Source: Octopus bimaculoides
Taxonomy: Eukaryota
Length of the DNA stretch: 32,841 nucleotides
Direction of reading: 5' to 3'
Assembly: GCF_001194135.2 (NCBI RefSeq)
Contig: NC_068991.1
Span: 47,470,775-47,503,615, forward strand
Shown here: in pieces, positions 1 to 11,495 of the stretch
Layout: each line of letters begins with the position of its first letter
Position numbering within the stretch: the stretch's first letter is position 1
Program-made: the position numbers and the translations under genes
Notes under the pieces: model-generated
Database searches by the model: none
Told to the model about the DNA's origin: nothing
What the model saw: only the letters and a program-made list of their open reading frames with translations

Positions 1-249
1 AGTATTGATTTTTTCCAGCTGGGTGTGTCACGTTTTTTTGCTGGCTCAATCCAAAACCTGGACAAATTGAAAGTAGTCTATTTATGTTGGGGGCACGGAA
101 TTTCAAGGAAAAAAATTATAAGAAAAAGCGTCCTGAGTCAAAGAGAGCACACATGTCAAATTTGGTGAAATTCGGTTGAAAATTGTAGGAGTAGAAGTGG
201 TTCACATAATACACACAGACAGACAACTTGCCTTTTTAATATATAAGAT
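1..249 (-). mobile_element. Helentron-associated non-autonomous element (HINE/DINE-1-like), 5' end, truncated by window edge
   Basis: Minus strand reads (T)n|ATCTTATATATTAAAAAGGCAAG, then a TGTCTGTCTGTGTGT microsatellite and 'caaccgaatttcaccaaatttgacatg', the typical HINE 5' architecture. Confidence 0.55.
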
Positions 250-349
250 AAAAAACACAAAAAAATCCTTGTGAAATATAGTTACCCAGGGTTTCCAGGT
301 CAAAATACTAATTTATTTCACTATTTATCAAGCTGGTAAAAGCAACAAG

Positions 350-552
350 GTGTGTGTGTGTGTGTGTATGTGTGTGTGTGTACGTGTGCATGCGTGCGTG
401 CGTGCATAACTGTGTGTAGTTTTGTGAAGATTTTGTAGCTTTGATAAAGGCATATTACTCTACCTTAGATATTCAAGTAGTTTTTTACCATGGTGTATGT
501 GTGTATATATATACACATACACGTGTGTTTGTGTGCTTGTGTGTGTGTGTGC

Positions 553-584
<32 letters not shown>

Positions 585-598
585 AGGAGAGAGAGAGG

Positions 599-646
<48 letters not shown>

Positions 647-748
647 ATGTTTATATATACAAACAAATTGAAGCAGACTGACAAGATGTTCAACTGTACA
701 AAAACTGTCTCTATATTGTGTTCTAGATCAACACAAATAATTCCCTTT

Positions 749-785
<37 letters not shown>

Positions 786-795
786 CAGCAGCAGG
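350..795. repeat. Microsatellite cluster (GT)n, (GA)n, (GTA)n
   Basis: Directly visible tracts at about 350-410, 530-638 and 749-795. Confidence 0.95.
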
Positions 796-1176
796 ATTAT
801 TATTGTTTTTTTTTATGTGTTGTTGTTATCGCTTATTTACAGTTCAGTAAAGGAGATGGACCATCTTGTTGATAGCAGTTAGAATGGTATGGATGAGGTG
901 GTTTTTGTTTACGTTTAACTTGAACATCTGGTGAATCAGTGGATGTAAATAAACTGTTACTGAGACTGAAACATGATTTTTTTTTTAATTTTAAAAGAAA
1001 AAAATATATATAAATATTGATCTATATTGAATATAAATTTTGATTTATAAATTAGAGGAAGGATAGTACCTTAATGATTATTGAATCAAGAATTACGAGG
1101 AACATGTTGTTTATTTTATTTTCTAAACCAACTGCATTTGTGCAAACACACATTGATAAAAAAAAGCAAAATTCCG

Positions 1177-1568
1177 TATGGTAAGTAGCTTGCTTACCAA
1201 CCACATGGTCCCGGGTTCAGTCCCACTGCGTGGCACCTTGGGCAAGTGTCTTCCACTATAGCCTCGGGCCGACCAAAGACTTGTGAGTGGATTTGGTAGA
1301 CGGAAACTGAAAGAAGCCCATCGTATATATATACATAAATATATATATATATATATGTGTGTGTGTTTGTGTGTCTGTGTTTGTCCCCCCACCATCGCTT
1401 GACAACCTATGCTGGTGTGTTTGCGTCCCCGTAACTTAGCGGTTCAGCAAAAAGAGACCGATAGAATAAGTACTAGGCTTACAAAGAATAAGTCCTGGGT
1501 CGATTTGCTTGACTAAAGGCGGTGCTCCAGCATGGCTGCAGTCAAATGACTGAAACAAGTAAAAGAGT
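1177..1568 (+). mobile_element. tRNA-derived SINE family 1 (octopus OK/OR-like), near full length
   Basis: tRNA-like head with B box 'gggttcagtccc', internal (TA)/(TG) tract and conserved tail 'gtcaaatgactgaaacaagtaaaag'; homologous copies recur across the window. Confidence 0.85.
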
Positions 1569-1576
1569 ATCAAATG

Positions 1577-1860
1577 AATATAGCTTGGTAATATGTACCA
1601 TGCTTTTGCTAATTGCTTTAGGTATCTATATTGTTACAAGAAGACAGAGACATTGACCCAGTGATTCATCCAGTATAAGAAAACTTGAGGGAGAGAGAAC
1701 TGCACTAGCATTCAGCTGGTATTCGTTTTCAGCTGAATTAACTAGAGCAACATGAAATGAAGCACCTTGCTCAAGGAAACAACAAATTGCCTGGTTCAGG
1801 AATTAAACTCACAATATTATGATCATGAGCTGAACACCCTAACTGCTAAGCCACATGCCT
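1577..1860 (-). mobile_element. tRNA-derived SINE family 2 (variant tail)
   Basis: tRNA head plus 'ccttgagcaag..ttgctc' central domain on minus; the tail is homologous to 16630-16770. Confidence 0.65.
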
Positions 1861-1879
1861 TCAATGGGAATAGAAAATT

Positions 1880-2120
1880 GCATTCATTATCATCATTTAA
1901 CGTCTGCTTTCCATGCTGGCATGGGTAGGATGGCTTGACTGGCACTGGTAAGCCAGAGAACTGCGCCAGGTTCCAGTCTGAATTCGGCTTGGTTTCTACT
2001 GCTGGATGCCCTTTCTAATGCCAACCACTCTGAAAGTGTAGTGGGTGCCTTTCATGTGTCACTAGCATGGGTGCTTTTACATGTCTCCGGCATGTGTGCA
2101 TTTACATGTCACCAGCATAG
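1880..2120 (-). mobile_element. RTE-like 3' tail / SINE family 3 ending in (GAT)n
   Basis: 'catcatttaacgtctgctttccatgctggcatggg', homologous to 6205-6483 and 11785-11937. Confidence 0.7.
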
Positions 2121-2485
2121 GAAATAAAAAAAAAACTGCAATGAGATGGCATTTTAGCAGATGTTATTTTTCTTGAGCAAAATAACATGCTGGCTAAAAT
2201 GGCTTTTACTCTGCTCTGCTCCAGTTATGGTTTAATACAAATTTGTAAAGACGGCATCAAAGTAGAATTTTACTATGATAAGCGCTTCATATTTAACTGT
2301 GTTTTCAATTTATGAAGTTTGCACTGAAAGAGCAAACTTCATAAATTGCTATTTATGAAGTAGCAGCCAATCTGTTTTGCCTAAATATTGTAATCTTGCA
2401 ACTATAATTTGGTTATTCAGTACAGAGACTACCAAAGTAGTCTATTAAAGGTCATTGAATAAATGCTCTTTATTGTTCACAAAAG

Positions 2486-2486
<1 letters not shown>

Positions 2487-2525
<39 letters not shown>

Positions 2526-3545
2526 TTACTTTTTTTATTGGCCACCAGGGCCAAACACAAAACAAAGGACAACATACAGATGAGGGAGAGTGGGGTTAAG
2601 CGTGTAAAGAGCAAAAAAAAAACAATTAACAAAGAGATTAAAACAACTATGTAACTTCCCCAATAGAGGGGAGTTCCACCAAGAGGTGACCAAAGAAACC
2701 TCACACACTTTTGGACCCCCTAACACCAAAGGCACCTCAGGTAAGCACCCCTCTGCTTCTCATTCCATCCAGCCTACATGGATGCAAAGATCTCAAAATC
2801 ACCAAAGATGGGTGCTAATGTGCATGTGTTCGCAATCCTGGTTTCACTGATGGCTATTACATCCCAATTCAGCCACCTGAGGTCATTGAACAAGCCAACT
2901 TGCTTTCAGAACGACCCCAGGCCATGTTCATTTAAGCAACCTACTCTTAGCACTGCCATATTGGCCTAAAAGAAAAGAAAGAAAGATGAGGGGGTGCTAT
3001 TTACCCTCCTGGTGCCATTGGAGATCAGGTGGTCCCACCTCCATTTCTTCGTTGGGCTCCTTTGAGAACCCTTGTAGAAGCCTTGCATTGGCATTTGAGG
3101 TATCCCTACATCATGTGGAAAGGCATCCCTAATTGTTTGGAAAGTGTTCAAATCCATCCTCACCATCATTAAGTGCTTTGGCACATTGCATGTGCTAGTC
3201 CAAGACAATTTCCCTGCCACCTTTTTCAATGTCCTCCCTTGGTAATAAGAGAGCCATCAGTTCTTTGTTGCCAACCTCTCCGCCTTATTAACACAAAGTT
3301 GGCAGCCTGCATCATTGTTTTTTGCTGTTCTTGTTGCGTTTGTGGTGTGAGTTTCCTTTTGGGATTTTTTTTCTGTCTGCAGTGGAGTTTTTGGTGTTTG
3401 TGGTGCTTTACTGGATGATTGTGGTGCTGCAGGAGTTGTCTGAGTGTCTGTGTTTGTTGTGGGTGTGTGTGTGTAGTTTCTTTGTTATCTTGTTTTGGTG
3501 CAGGACAAGATGTCTCGCCTCTGTGACTCCAAATCCAAATGAAAA
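2487..3545 (-). mobile_element. Internally deleted L1/Tx1-like LINE: ORF1 C-terminal part, APE endonuclease start, 3' UTR
   Basis: From 2959 on minus: MAVLRVGCLNEHGLGSF*KQVGLFNDLRWLNWDVIAISETRI (APE N-terminus). Thr/Pro-rich ORF1-like reading upstream; AATAAA at 2534-2539 followed by an (ATT)n tail. Confidence 0.7.
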
Positions 3546-3811
3546 GTGTTACTTTAGTCCACTGTTTGTAGACAACTGATACTTTGTTACATTCCCCAGA
3601 AAAGTTGCTGCATTAAACAGGGCAAATAATAATAATAGTAGCCATTGCTATTATGGTCAAGGATTGGTATTGTAATGATGTATATCAAGTTAATTATATC
3701 ATCCATATAAAGTAATTACAATGCATTTTTTGTATTAGTTGATTGTTTAATTTTCTGTTTTACATTGTTAATGGTTGTGCAAAATTTTAATTTACAGATG
3801 TTTAGCTGTAC

Positions 3812-4132
3812 ATTAGTGGCTTAGTGGTTAGAGTATTCAGATCCTGATCATGAGGTTGTAAGTTCAATTCCTGGTGAAGACATTGTGTCCTTGAGCAAGA
3901 CACATTATTTCATGTTGCTCCAGTCCACTCAGCTGGCAAAAATGAGTAGTACCTGTATTTCAAAGGGCCAACCTTGTCACATTCTGAGTCATGCTGAATC
4001 TCCCTGAGAACTATGTTAAGGGTACATGTGTCTGTGGTGTGCTCAGCCACTGGCCTGTTAATTTCCTGAGAAGGCTGTTTTGTTAATTAGCTCAACTAGA
4101 ATCCTTGTTGTCGTAACTGATGGAGTGCCAGG
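3812..4132 (+). mobile_element. tRNA-derived SINE family 2
   Basis: A box 'tggcttagtgg', B box 'agttcaattcc' and central 'ccttgagcaagacac..ttgctccagtccactcagctg'. Confidence 0.75.
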
Positions 4133-4870
4133 TGTACATCATTAGTAGTGGTAAATTGCAGGATCAACAGAGAGGTAGACTAAATGCTTTTGTATTTAGT
4201 TCTGACCGTTTTTGTTATGAGCTCAAATCACTAATTTCTTGAGATAGATTACTACTCTGTTTTTAATTATATTGAAGGTCAGGTTAGGTCCGGGGGGGGG
4301 GGGCATGCACTGTTGCAGTGTATTGCTTCATTCACCATCTGTGTATTCCAGGGTCCTGCTGGGCGACCCCTTGATTAGAGTCTCAGTCAGTCTCCATCTC
4401 CACAAGATACCTTCCCATCTGACATGGCTGGGGCTGGGGTTGACCTTTGTCTTTGATCCTTCTGAGGGTCAATAAAATGAGTCCTGGATTCGACTAAAAC
4501 CAACAACAAACCACCTGAAAAATGTGAGGTATCGTGTCTGTTAAAATTCATAACAATTATTGTTGTTATACCAAGGAAAAGGGCCAGTCCTCATTGCTTT
4601 CTGAGAGTAAGATGATAAAAGAGAGATTAATGAAGTTAATCTTGTCATTAAATTGTGACTGATTATTTGCTAGAAGGAATGCAGGGAAGGGAGCAAATTT
4701 ACACAGCTTGTTATATACATGATTTTTCCCATATGTATGACCAATATAAGAGAAGTAGTTACAACTGGGAACCAAAAGTAATGTTATACTACTTTTGTTT
4801 TTCTTGATAAATTGCTACTTCAACACTAATTTTCATTAAAAACTGAAACAATATGTTAGAAATAAGCAAA

Positions 4871-5015
4871 CTTGCATATTACTTAGTGGTCTTTTGTCTT
4901 GCAAGTTACTTAGTGGCTTTTTACTTTGCAAGTTACTTGGCAACCTTTTCTCTTGCAAGTTATTTGACAATTTTGCCTTGCAAATTACTAGACAACTTCA
5001 CTAATGCAAGTATTA
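4871..5015. repeat. Degenerate ~27-bp minisatellite, about 6 units
   Basis: Core 'ttgcaagttactt' recurs near 4871, 4898, 4926, 4952, 4977 and 5004. Confidence 0.8.
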
Positions 5016-6204
5016 CAAAATGAAAAAAAAAAAAAAGACAAAAAAACTAAACCCAGTCCACACTATTAAATGGTTGGCATTAGGAAGGGCACCTAGCCAA
5101 AGCTCATCAAATCCTGTCAAACTAACACTGGCCAGCATGGAAAACAGACATTAAGTGATGATGATGATGATGATGATCATGATGACAACAGCAAAAATTA
5201 CATGTTATATTAACGTTGTTTCAGTGATATATGAATGTAAATCCACAGATTTATAAATTGATTTTGTTGATGGTTTATCCACAGGCTGGTTTGCCACAAT
5301 GCTACTCTGTATCATTATATTCTGGGACAATCCATTGGTACCTGTTCAACTGTCTACTCTATTATCTGCAGACACATGGCTATCAATAAACTTCACTACA
5401 TCATCATTCTTTGAACCAATCAGCTAATACACCCATTTTGTTAACAACTGTGCCATACCCTGGACATATTGGCATCATCCAGATCTGCTTATGTTATCAC
5501 ATTTCAGAACAATCAGAAGCTTAGATTAGATGTTATATTAACAAGTGTTGCTAGTTTGTTGAAGTTATGGAGTTGGCAACAAAGTCGTGGGATTGGCTGC
5601 AGTAAATGAGAGAGTTGTTTTGTGCTAGCTGTGTTGTTTCATAGAAGACATAGTCACAACAACTAGCAGAGACCACCAGGATTGCTCCCCTTCAGGCAGT
5701 ATTGATAATCATCTCAAAGCAGAAAGCAGAGATGGATAACTGACTAGCCATGATGTACAAAATCAGATACAGCTTTTACCAGGTGACTCAGATCCATCCT
5801 ACAAAGAATACCATGAACTCAGGCCAAAAACAAATGTAGTAAATATTGTTACTCTAACTCATCATCACCAATTTCACAAACATACTTCCATTTAGCAGTG
5901 CTGTGGCTCTCCTGGAGTAATACTCAAGGACTGTCATGAGCTCACCAGACCCTGATGTGATGCATGTTGATATGAGCACTTCACACTATATTCTGATCTG
6001 TCAAAACTTTTTCAACAAGTAGCATGTTTCATTCTACCACTGGATTTTTCCTTGCTTCTGCAATTACATTTGTCATTCACTGCAACAAAACCAAGTATGA
6101 ATTATTCTTTTTATGCACAGTAATCTAAATACCAGGAATTAATGTAGTAAATATCTTGTGTTATAGGAGTTATATATCTGTGACATGAACATAAATCCAT
6201 AGAA

Positions 6205-6483
6205 TTATAATGATTTCATTTGCCATTGTGCGGGTGGCACATAAAATACACCATTTTGAGCGTGGCCATTGCCAGTACCGCCTGACTGGCTTTCGTGGCA
6301 TGTAATAGCACCCACTACACTCTCTGAGTGGTTGGTGTTAGGAAGGACATCCAGCTGTAGAAACTCTGCCAAATCAGATTGGAGCCTGGTGTAGCCATCT
6401 GGTTTCACCAGTCCTCAGTCAAATCGTCCAACCCATGCTAGCATGGAAGGCGGACGTTAAACGATGATGATGATGATGATGAT
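6205..6483 (+). mobile_element. RTE-like 3' tail / SINE family 3
   Basis: Ends 'ccaacccatgctagcatggaaggcggacgttaaacgatgatgatg'. Confidence 0.8.
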
Positions 6484-6559
6484 GCCCATGTATGTAATCA
6501 CTTCCCAGCATAATTATCTGGGGACAACATCCTGTTTATTTAGCCAGACGTGCTGGTGC

Positions 6560-6810
6560 CCATAAATGTGCCAATGTTATCAACTTTTAAGATTAACCAG
6601 GTACTTAATCCAGATGCTATATTAACAAGTGTTGCTATGTCCCTAAATTTGTTGAGATGGCTGCAATGTCAAGGGATTTATTTATCACTTTCATGCACAC
6701 TAATGTGTCTACAACATAAATTTTGAGATTCATCAGGAGCTTAATTCAGACGCTATATTAACAATTGTCACCATGTTTATTAAAGTAATTGAGATGGCTA
6801 CAAGGAATTC
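6560..6810. repeat. Two tandem copies of a ~136-bp local repeat unit
   Basis: Core 'cttaat(c/t)cagatgctatattaacaa..gagatggct' at about 6604 and 6740; homologous to 10655-10900. Confidence 0.75.
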
Positions 6811-7640
6811 ATTTGTGACTGTCACCATTAAACTTGGAGAATTTCATATTCTTTTGTTCTCTATGAAGCTTTTATTGTATTTATAAACAGATTAGTAATT
6901 TATGCACTTCAAACATAATTTAGAAATGTTTTATTTCATTTCATTGCACAGCAGCTGTGACTTTTACACATCTTATCTAAAACTTTACTGACCTGTTATG
7001 ATATGGCCAATCTCTATTTCAATTTTCTTTCTTTTTTGTCAACAAACATTTACAAATTTGCTTTTTTTTTAAAGCTATATCAATTTTCCTAACAAAACAA
7101 AGTATGTTTTTATGTATACAAAATAATACATCATTTCTATATTTTTCTATGTATAACTACCCCTGGCTTGTATTTTATCAATCACATCACCACATTCTCT
7201 GTACATAACAGTAAGTTTAGAAGCTGTTTTTGCCTAAATCAAAGCACATATGGCCTGCATGTACTAGGCCCTAGTAGGGTTTAAAGAGACTCAAAATTAC
7301 AGTAATTTAGTCTAGGGTTATTCTTTCATTCTTCTAATGTTTTGCTGGTTTCAGTTATTGAACTGTGGCCATGCGGCCATGCCATTATATTTCATAATCA
7401 GTTGATCTCTTAATAAAATAAAGGATGATGGATAGGCAGAACTGTAGAACATAAGATAAAATGCTTTGCATGCAATAAGTGCAGGCATAGCTTTGTGGAA
7501 AAGAAGCTCATTTCATACAATTACATGGTTTTGGATTCAGTTCTACTTTGTGCAAGTGTCTTCTATTACAGCTCTGGGATGCTGGGACAACTAATGGGTT
7601 ATGAGAAAATTATATACATATAATTAATAGTATCGAAGGG

Positions 7641-8257
7641 AAAATTTTATCCCTAATAGTGGTTTGGAACTTAGCTGTTCTTTCTAGCGTGAGGGAATCC
7701 TATGATGGATACCTCTTATGTGTTTAAAATGTACACTGTATTTATATGAATAATATATATTCTTTGGACTAAACTTTTACACACTAGGCCACTGGTGGTG
7801 GAAATTTCTAATATTTCTATTTCCCTTCGATATTATTAATTATTGAAAATTTTTTGGATAATTTTCGAATTTTAATGCTGGCATTTTATTTACTGCCGAC
7901 GAGGAGCTGTGCTTGCATGGTAGATTTGAAAAATTAGAATGTATAAGCATGGGGCATATACTTGATTGCTTCGTGTATATATGTTTAAGCTTGGTGTACC
8001 TGCTGATGAAGATTTCACTAGCAAATTATTTTATTTGCTAAAATAAAATCAGAAACCATTGGTCCAGGAAACTAAATGGTAAATGTTTTTATTTTTCATT
8101 CCTTTCGAAATTTTATCCCTAATAGTGGTTTGGACTTAGCTGTTCTTTCTAGCGTGAGGGAATCNNNNNNNNNNGTGGTTTGGACTTAGCTGTTCTTTCT
8201 AGCGTGAGGGAATCCTATGATGGATACCTCTTATGTGTTTAAATGTACACTGTATTT
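7641..8257 (+). mobile_element. ~466-bp partial tandem repeat with a hammerhead (Penelope-like pLTR or non-LTR retrozyme)
   Basis: 'aaattttatccctaatagtggtttgga..gagggaatc' at 7641 recurs at about 8108; the unit contains the hammerhead at 7999-8068. Confidence 0.6.
7999..8068 (+). ncRNA. Type I hammerhead ribozyme motif
   Basis: Stem I cctg/cagg; core CTGATGA at 8003-8009; stem II gattt/aaatc with inner hairpin tagcaaat/atttgcta; GAAA at 8052-8055; stem III acc/ggt; GUC cleavage triplet ending at 8064. Confidence 0.75.
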
Positions 8258-9006
8258 ATATATATACATATGTATGTGTATGCGTGTGTGTGTGTGTGTA
8301 TCTATAGAGTTTATATTTATATATGCATGTACTTGTGTTTATGTTTTATTGTCCCCCACTCCACCACCACCACTTGACAATTGGTGCTGGTTTGTTTATG
8401 TTCTTGTAATGAAGTGGTTCAGCAAAAAAGACTGATAGAATACATTCCAAGTTTTAAAATAANNNNNNNNNNNNNNNNNNNNNNNNNNNNNNNNNNNNNN
8501 NNNNNNNNNNNNNNNNNNNNNNNNNNNNNNNNNNNNNNNNNNNNNNNNNNNNNNNNNNNNNNNNNNNNNNNNNNNNNNNNNNNNNNNNNNNNNNNNNNNN
8601 NNNNNNNNNNNNNNNNNNNNNNNNNNNNNNNNNNNNNNNNNNNNNNNNNNNNNNNNNNNNNNNNNNNNNNNNNNNNNNNNNNNNNNNNNNNNNNNNNAGA
8701 AACTCAATAAAAGACTGGCCAACAACCTTTAGGCATTTGTTCTGATTTTTACATTCTTGATTTCAATCTGTTGCTTTTCATCCTTTTTCAATCAACTTTG
8801 CTTTTCATCTTTTTGGGATGCACAAATAAAGTACCAATCCTAGTAGTGGATTGGTAAAATTGTTAAAATGCTGGATGAGATGTCTTGCTGTATTTGTTTT
8901 TGCTCTATGTGCTCTGATTTCAAATTCTGCCACGGCCTACCCGGATGTTAAAACTTAATCAGTCACCATGTTTATTAAGACCACATGGTATTTTAATGAA
9001 GCTTAC

Positions 9007-9075
9007 TTTGTTGCAAGTATTCAAGCCAAGTCTCCGGTGTTTGATGAAAATTTCTTCTCATCAGTCTCAGATTCT
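9007..9075 (-). CDS. Candidate 69-nt internal exon of an unidentified gene
   Basis: Acceptor (T)12-CAG and donor GTAAGC; one open frame (phase 1/1): xNLRLMRRNFHQTPETWLEYLQQ. No protein family recognised. Confidence 0.35.
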
Positions 9076-9124
9076 CTGAAAAAAAAAAAAAGATTGTCAT
9101 AGATACTACCCTTTTCTCCCCAGA

Positions 9125-9865
9125 TGCAGACATGGCTGTGTGATAAGAAGCTTCCTTCACAACCCCATGGTTCTGAGTTCAGTCCCACTGTGTGGCACCT
9201 TCTGCTATAGTCTCAGGCTAACCCATGCCTTGTGAGTAGATGGAAACTGAAAGAAGCCCATTGTATATATAGTGGGGCTCTGAAAGGGGTCTCAGGGAGT
9301 TGTGTTCTTGCCTTCCAGAGCTAGTTTTCTACATTTCTTAAAAATCGTGGTACAGGCCTTGGTCTCGGGACCACTCATGTCTAGAAACTGGGGTTGGGGG
9401 TAGGCAAGGGCATGCTCCTTGTAGAAAATCTATCTCCAAAAATGCCTCATGATAGCAAAGGAGAATGGGCACCAGCCAGCCAGCCAGGCCAAAGGTTGGG
9501 GTGGGCTGCACCTGCCTACCTCAGTTGCTATGGCACTGAGGTAGATCGTGCCACCCCCATTAACGGGGACAAAACCCGGATTTAAAACATTGGATGATGA
9601 TGATGATGATATATATATGTATGTATATATTCGTGTATATATTTATGTGTGGGTGTCTTTACATCCGTGTTTGTCCACCCACTATTGCTTGACAACCGCT
9701 GTTAGTATGTTTACATCCCTGTAACTTAGTGGTTTGGCAAAATAGACTGATAAAATAAGTATTAGGCTTACAAAGAATAGGTCCTTGGGTCGATTTCTCC
9801 TACTAAAACCCTTTAAGTGCTCCAGCATGGCCATAATCAAATGACTGAAACAAGTAAAAGAATAA
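9125..9865 (+). mobile_element. SINE family 1 copy split by an RTE-like insert (~9271-9610) in its internal (TA)n tract
   Basis: 5' half at 9125-9270 and 3' half at 9611-9865; the insert ends in (GAT)n. Confidence 0.7.
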
Positions 9866-10189
9866 AAACCCTTTCGCTAAAACAGTTCAAAAATATGAGG
9901 GCTTCACACTGTGTTCTGGTCTGTCAAGACTTTTTCAACAAGCAGCTTATTTCATTGTATCAGCAACATTTTCTTTGCTACTACATATACATTTGTCATT
10001 CAACACAATATGACCAAGTATGAACAGCAATCTAGGTGCAAAGAACTAATAACAATAATAATTAACTTATTGCATGCAGTGCTTAGGTGCACTACAACTC
10101 ATCAGAAAAGACAACCACAAGTACATAGAATAATGCACAGGAAGTTGGATGCTTAAGGAAAAAAGAAAGAAAAAAAGCTGGAGCACATC

Positions 10190-10325
10190 AGGTGGCAAAG
10201 TTTGGGAAGCATGGAAGTTTTGAAGAATGTAGTGTCTCAACAGCTAACAACTGATGTGGGCAGTTTATTCCATGCTTCAGTAATTCTGAGTGTGAAAAAA
10301 TGTTTCCTGAAGTCATGGGTGCTCT
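10190..10325 (-). mobile_element. CR1/L2-like LINE ORF2 C-terminal fragment
   Basis: Minus frame THDFRKHFFTLRITEAWNKLPTSVVSC*DTTFFK matches the CR1 'RxxFFxxRxxxxWNxLP' motif. Confidence 0.75.
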
Positions 10326-10654
10326 GTCCACTTGATATTCCATTTTAATGATCTGGAAATACACAAAAATCAATAGAATTAAAAAATCAAAACACACTAT
10401 CTTCTTGTAGAGCAAAAAATTCTCTTTCAAATAACATAAAACATTTTGCCAATGTTTTTTTTATTTCTGCATGCATTTTTAAATTTGAAAAAAAAAACAA
10501 AACATTTATGAATTATTCCTCAACTCAATATATATACTAGTGACATGACCAGAATTGTAATGAATTGTTTTTCCGCCCCAACTTATGTTATTAATTTCCA
10601 GTGTAGTCATCTATTCCAATATCCTGTGTATTTAACCAGATGCACTTGTACCCA

Positions 10655-10900
10655 CAAATATGCCAACATCATCAACTTTAAGATTAACCAGGGACTTAAT
10701 CCAGATGCTATATTAACAAGTGTCACTAAGCCTCCTTAAATTGTTGACATGGCTACAATGTTAGAGAGTTTATTTGAGGCTTTCATACCTACAAATGTGC
10801 CTACATCATCAACTCTCAGATTAACCAGGGACTTAATCCAGATGTCATATTAACAAGTATCACTATCACCAAGTCTGTTTAAGTGGTTGAGATGGCTGAT
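10655..10900. repeat. Two tandem copies of the ~137-bp local repeat unit
   Basis: 'agattaaccagggacttaatccagatg' repeats with a 137-bp period. Confidence 0.8.
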
Positions 10901-11078
10901 GAAAATTCCACAACAAGCACATAACACTTGTCAAGGAAGTCACCAGAGTTCGTTGATCTGATGACACAAGGGAGGAAAAATCTGATTATTTTTTTTATTT
11001 ATCTTTTATTTCTTAATTACTTTATTGACTTTCTTTCTTGCTTTTTTTAGTAAATCATTTTCAACAAGTAGGCATAGC

Positions 11079-11495
11079 TGTTGGGTATGAAGTTTGCTTC
11101 CCAAGCACATGGTTTTGGGTTCAGTCCCATTGTGTGGCATCTCAGGCAAGTGTCTACTACTATAGCCTTGGGCCACCCAAAAAGCTTGTGATTGGATTTG
11201 GTTGGCCTGAGGCCATAGTAGAAGACACTTGCCCAACAGAAACTGAAAGAAGCCTGTCATGTGTGTGTGTGTGTCTTTGTACCTGTGTTTGTCCCCCCCC
11301 CCCATTAACACTTGACAACCAGTGTTGGTGTGTTTACATCTCCATAAATTTAGCAGTTTGGCAAATGAAACCAATAAAAGTACCAAGCTTAAAAGATAAG
11401 ATCTGGAGTCGATTCATTCAACTAAAAATTCTTTAAAGCGATGCCCCAGCATGGCCATGGTCTGTCTAATGACTGAAACAAGTCAAATATAAAAG
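11079..11495 (+). mobile_element. SINE family 1
   Basis: Colinear homology with 1177-1568. Confidence 0.8.

Noticed and set aside
441-850. ORFs rich in ER/SL/YI/VVV runs (also at 2463, 11516, 17886, 19425, 32306)
   Set aside because: These are translations of microsatellites.
7076-7102. 27-nt plus-strand microexon (AG..GTATGT)
   Set aside because: Such sites arise by chance in AT-rich DNA and there is no supporting context.
8107-8215. Third copy of the tandem unit across the 9-N gap
   Set aside because: Identical sequence on both sides of a tiny gap is typical of an unmerged contig overlap.
10188-10430. 80-aa ORF behind a good acceptor at 10353
   Set aside because: Most of it is an alternative frame of a CR1 ORF2 fragment, and no usable donor was found.
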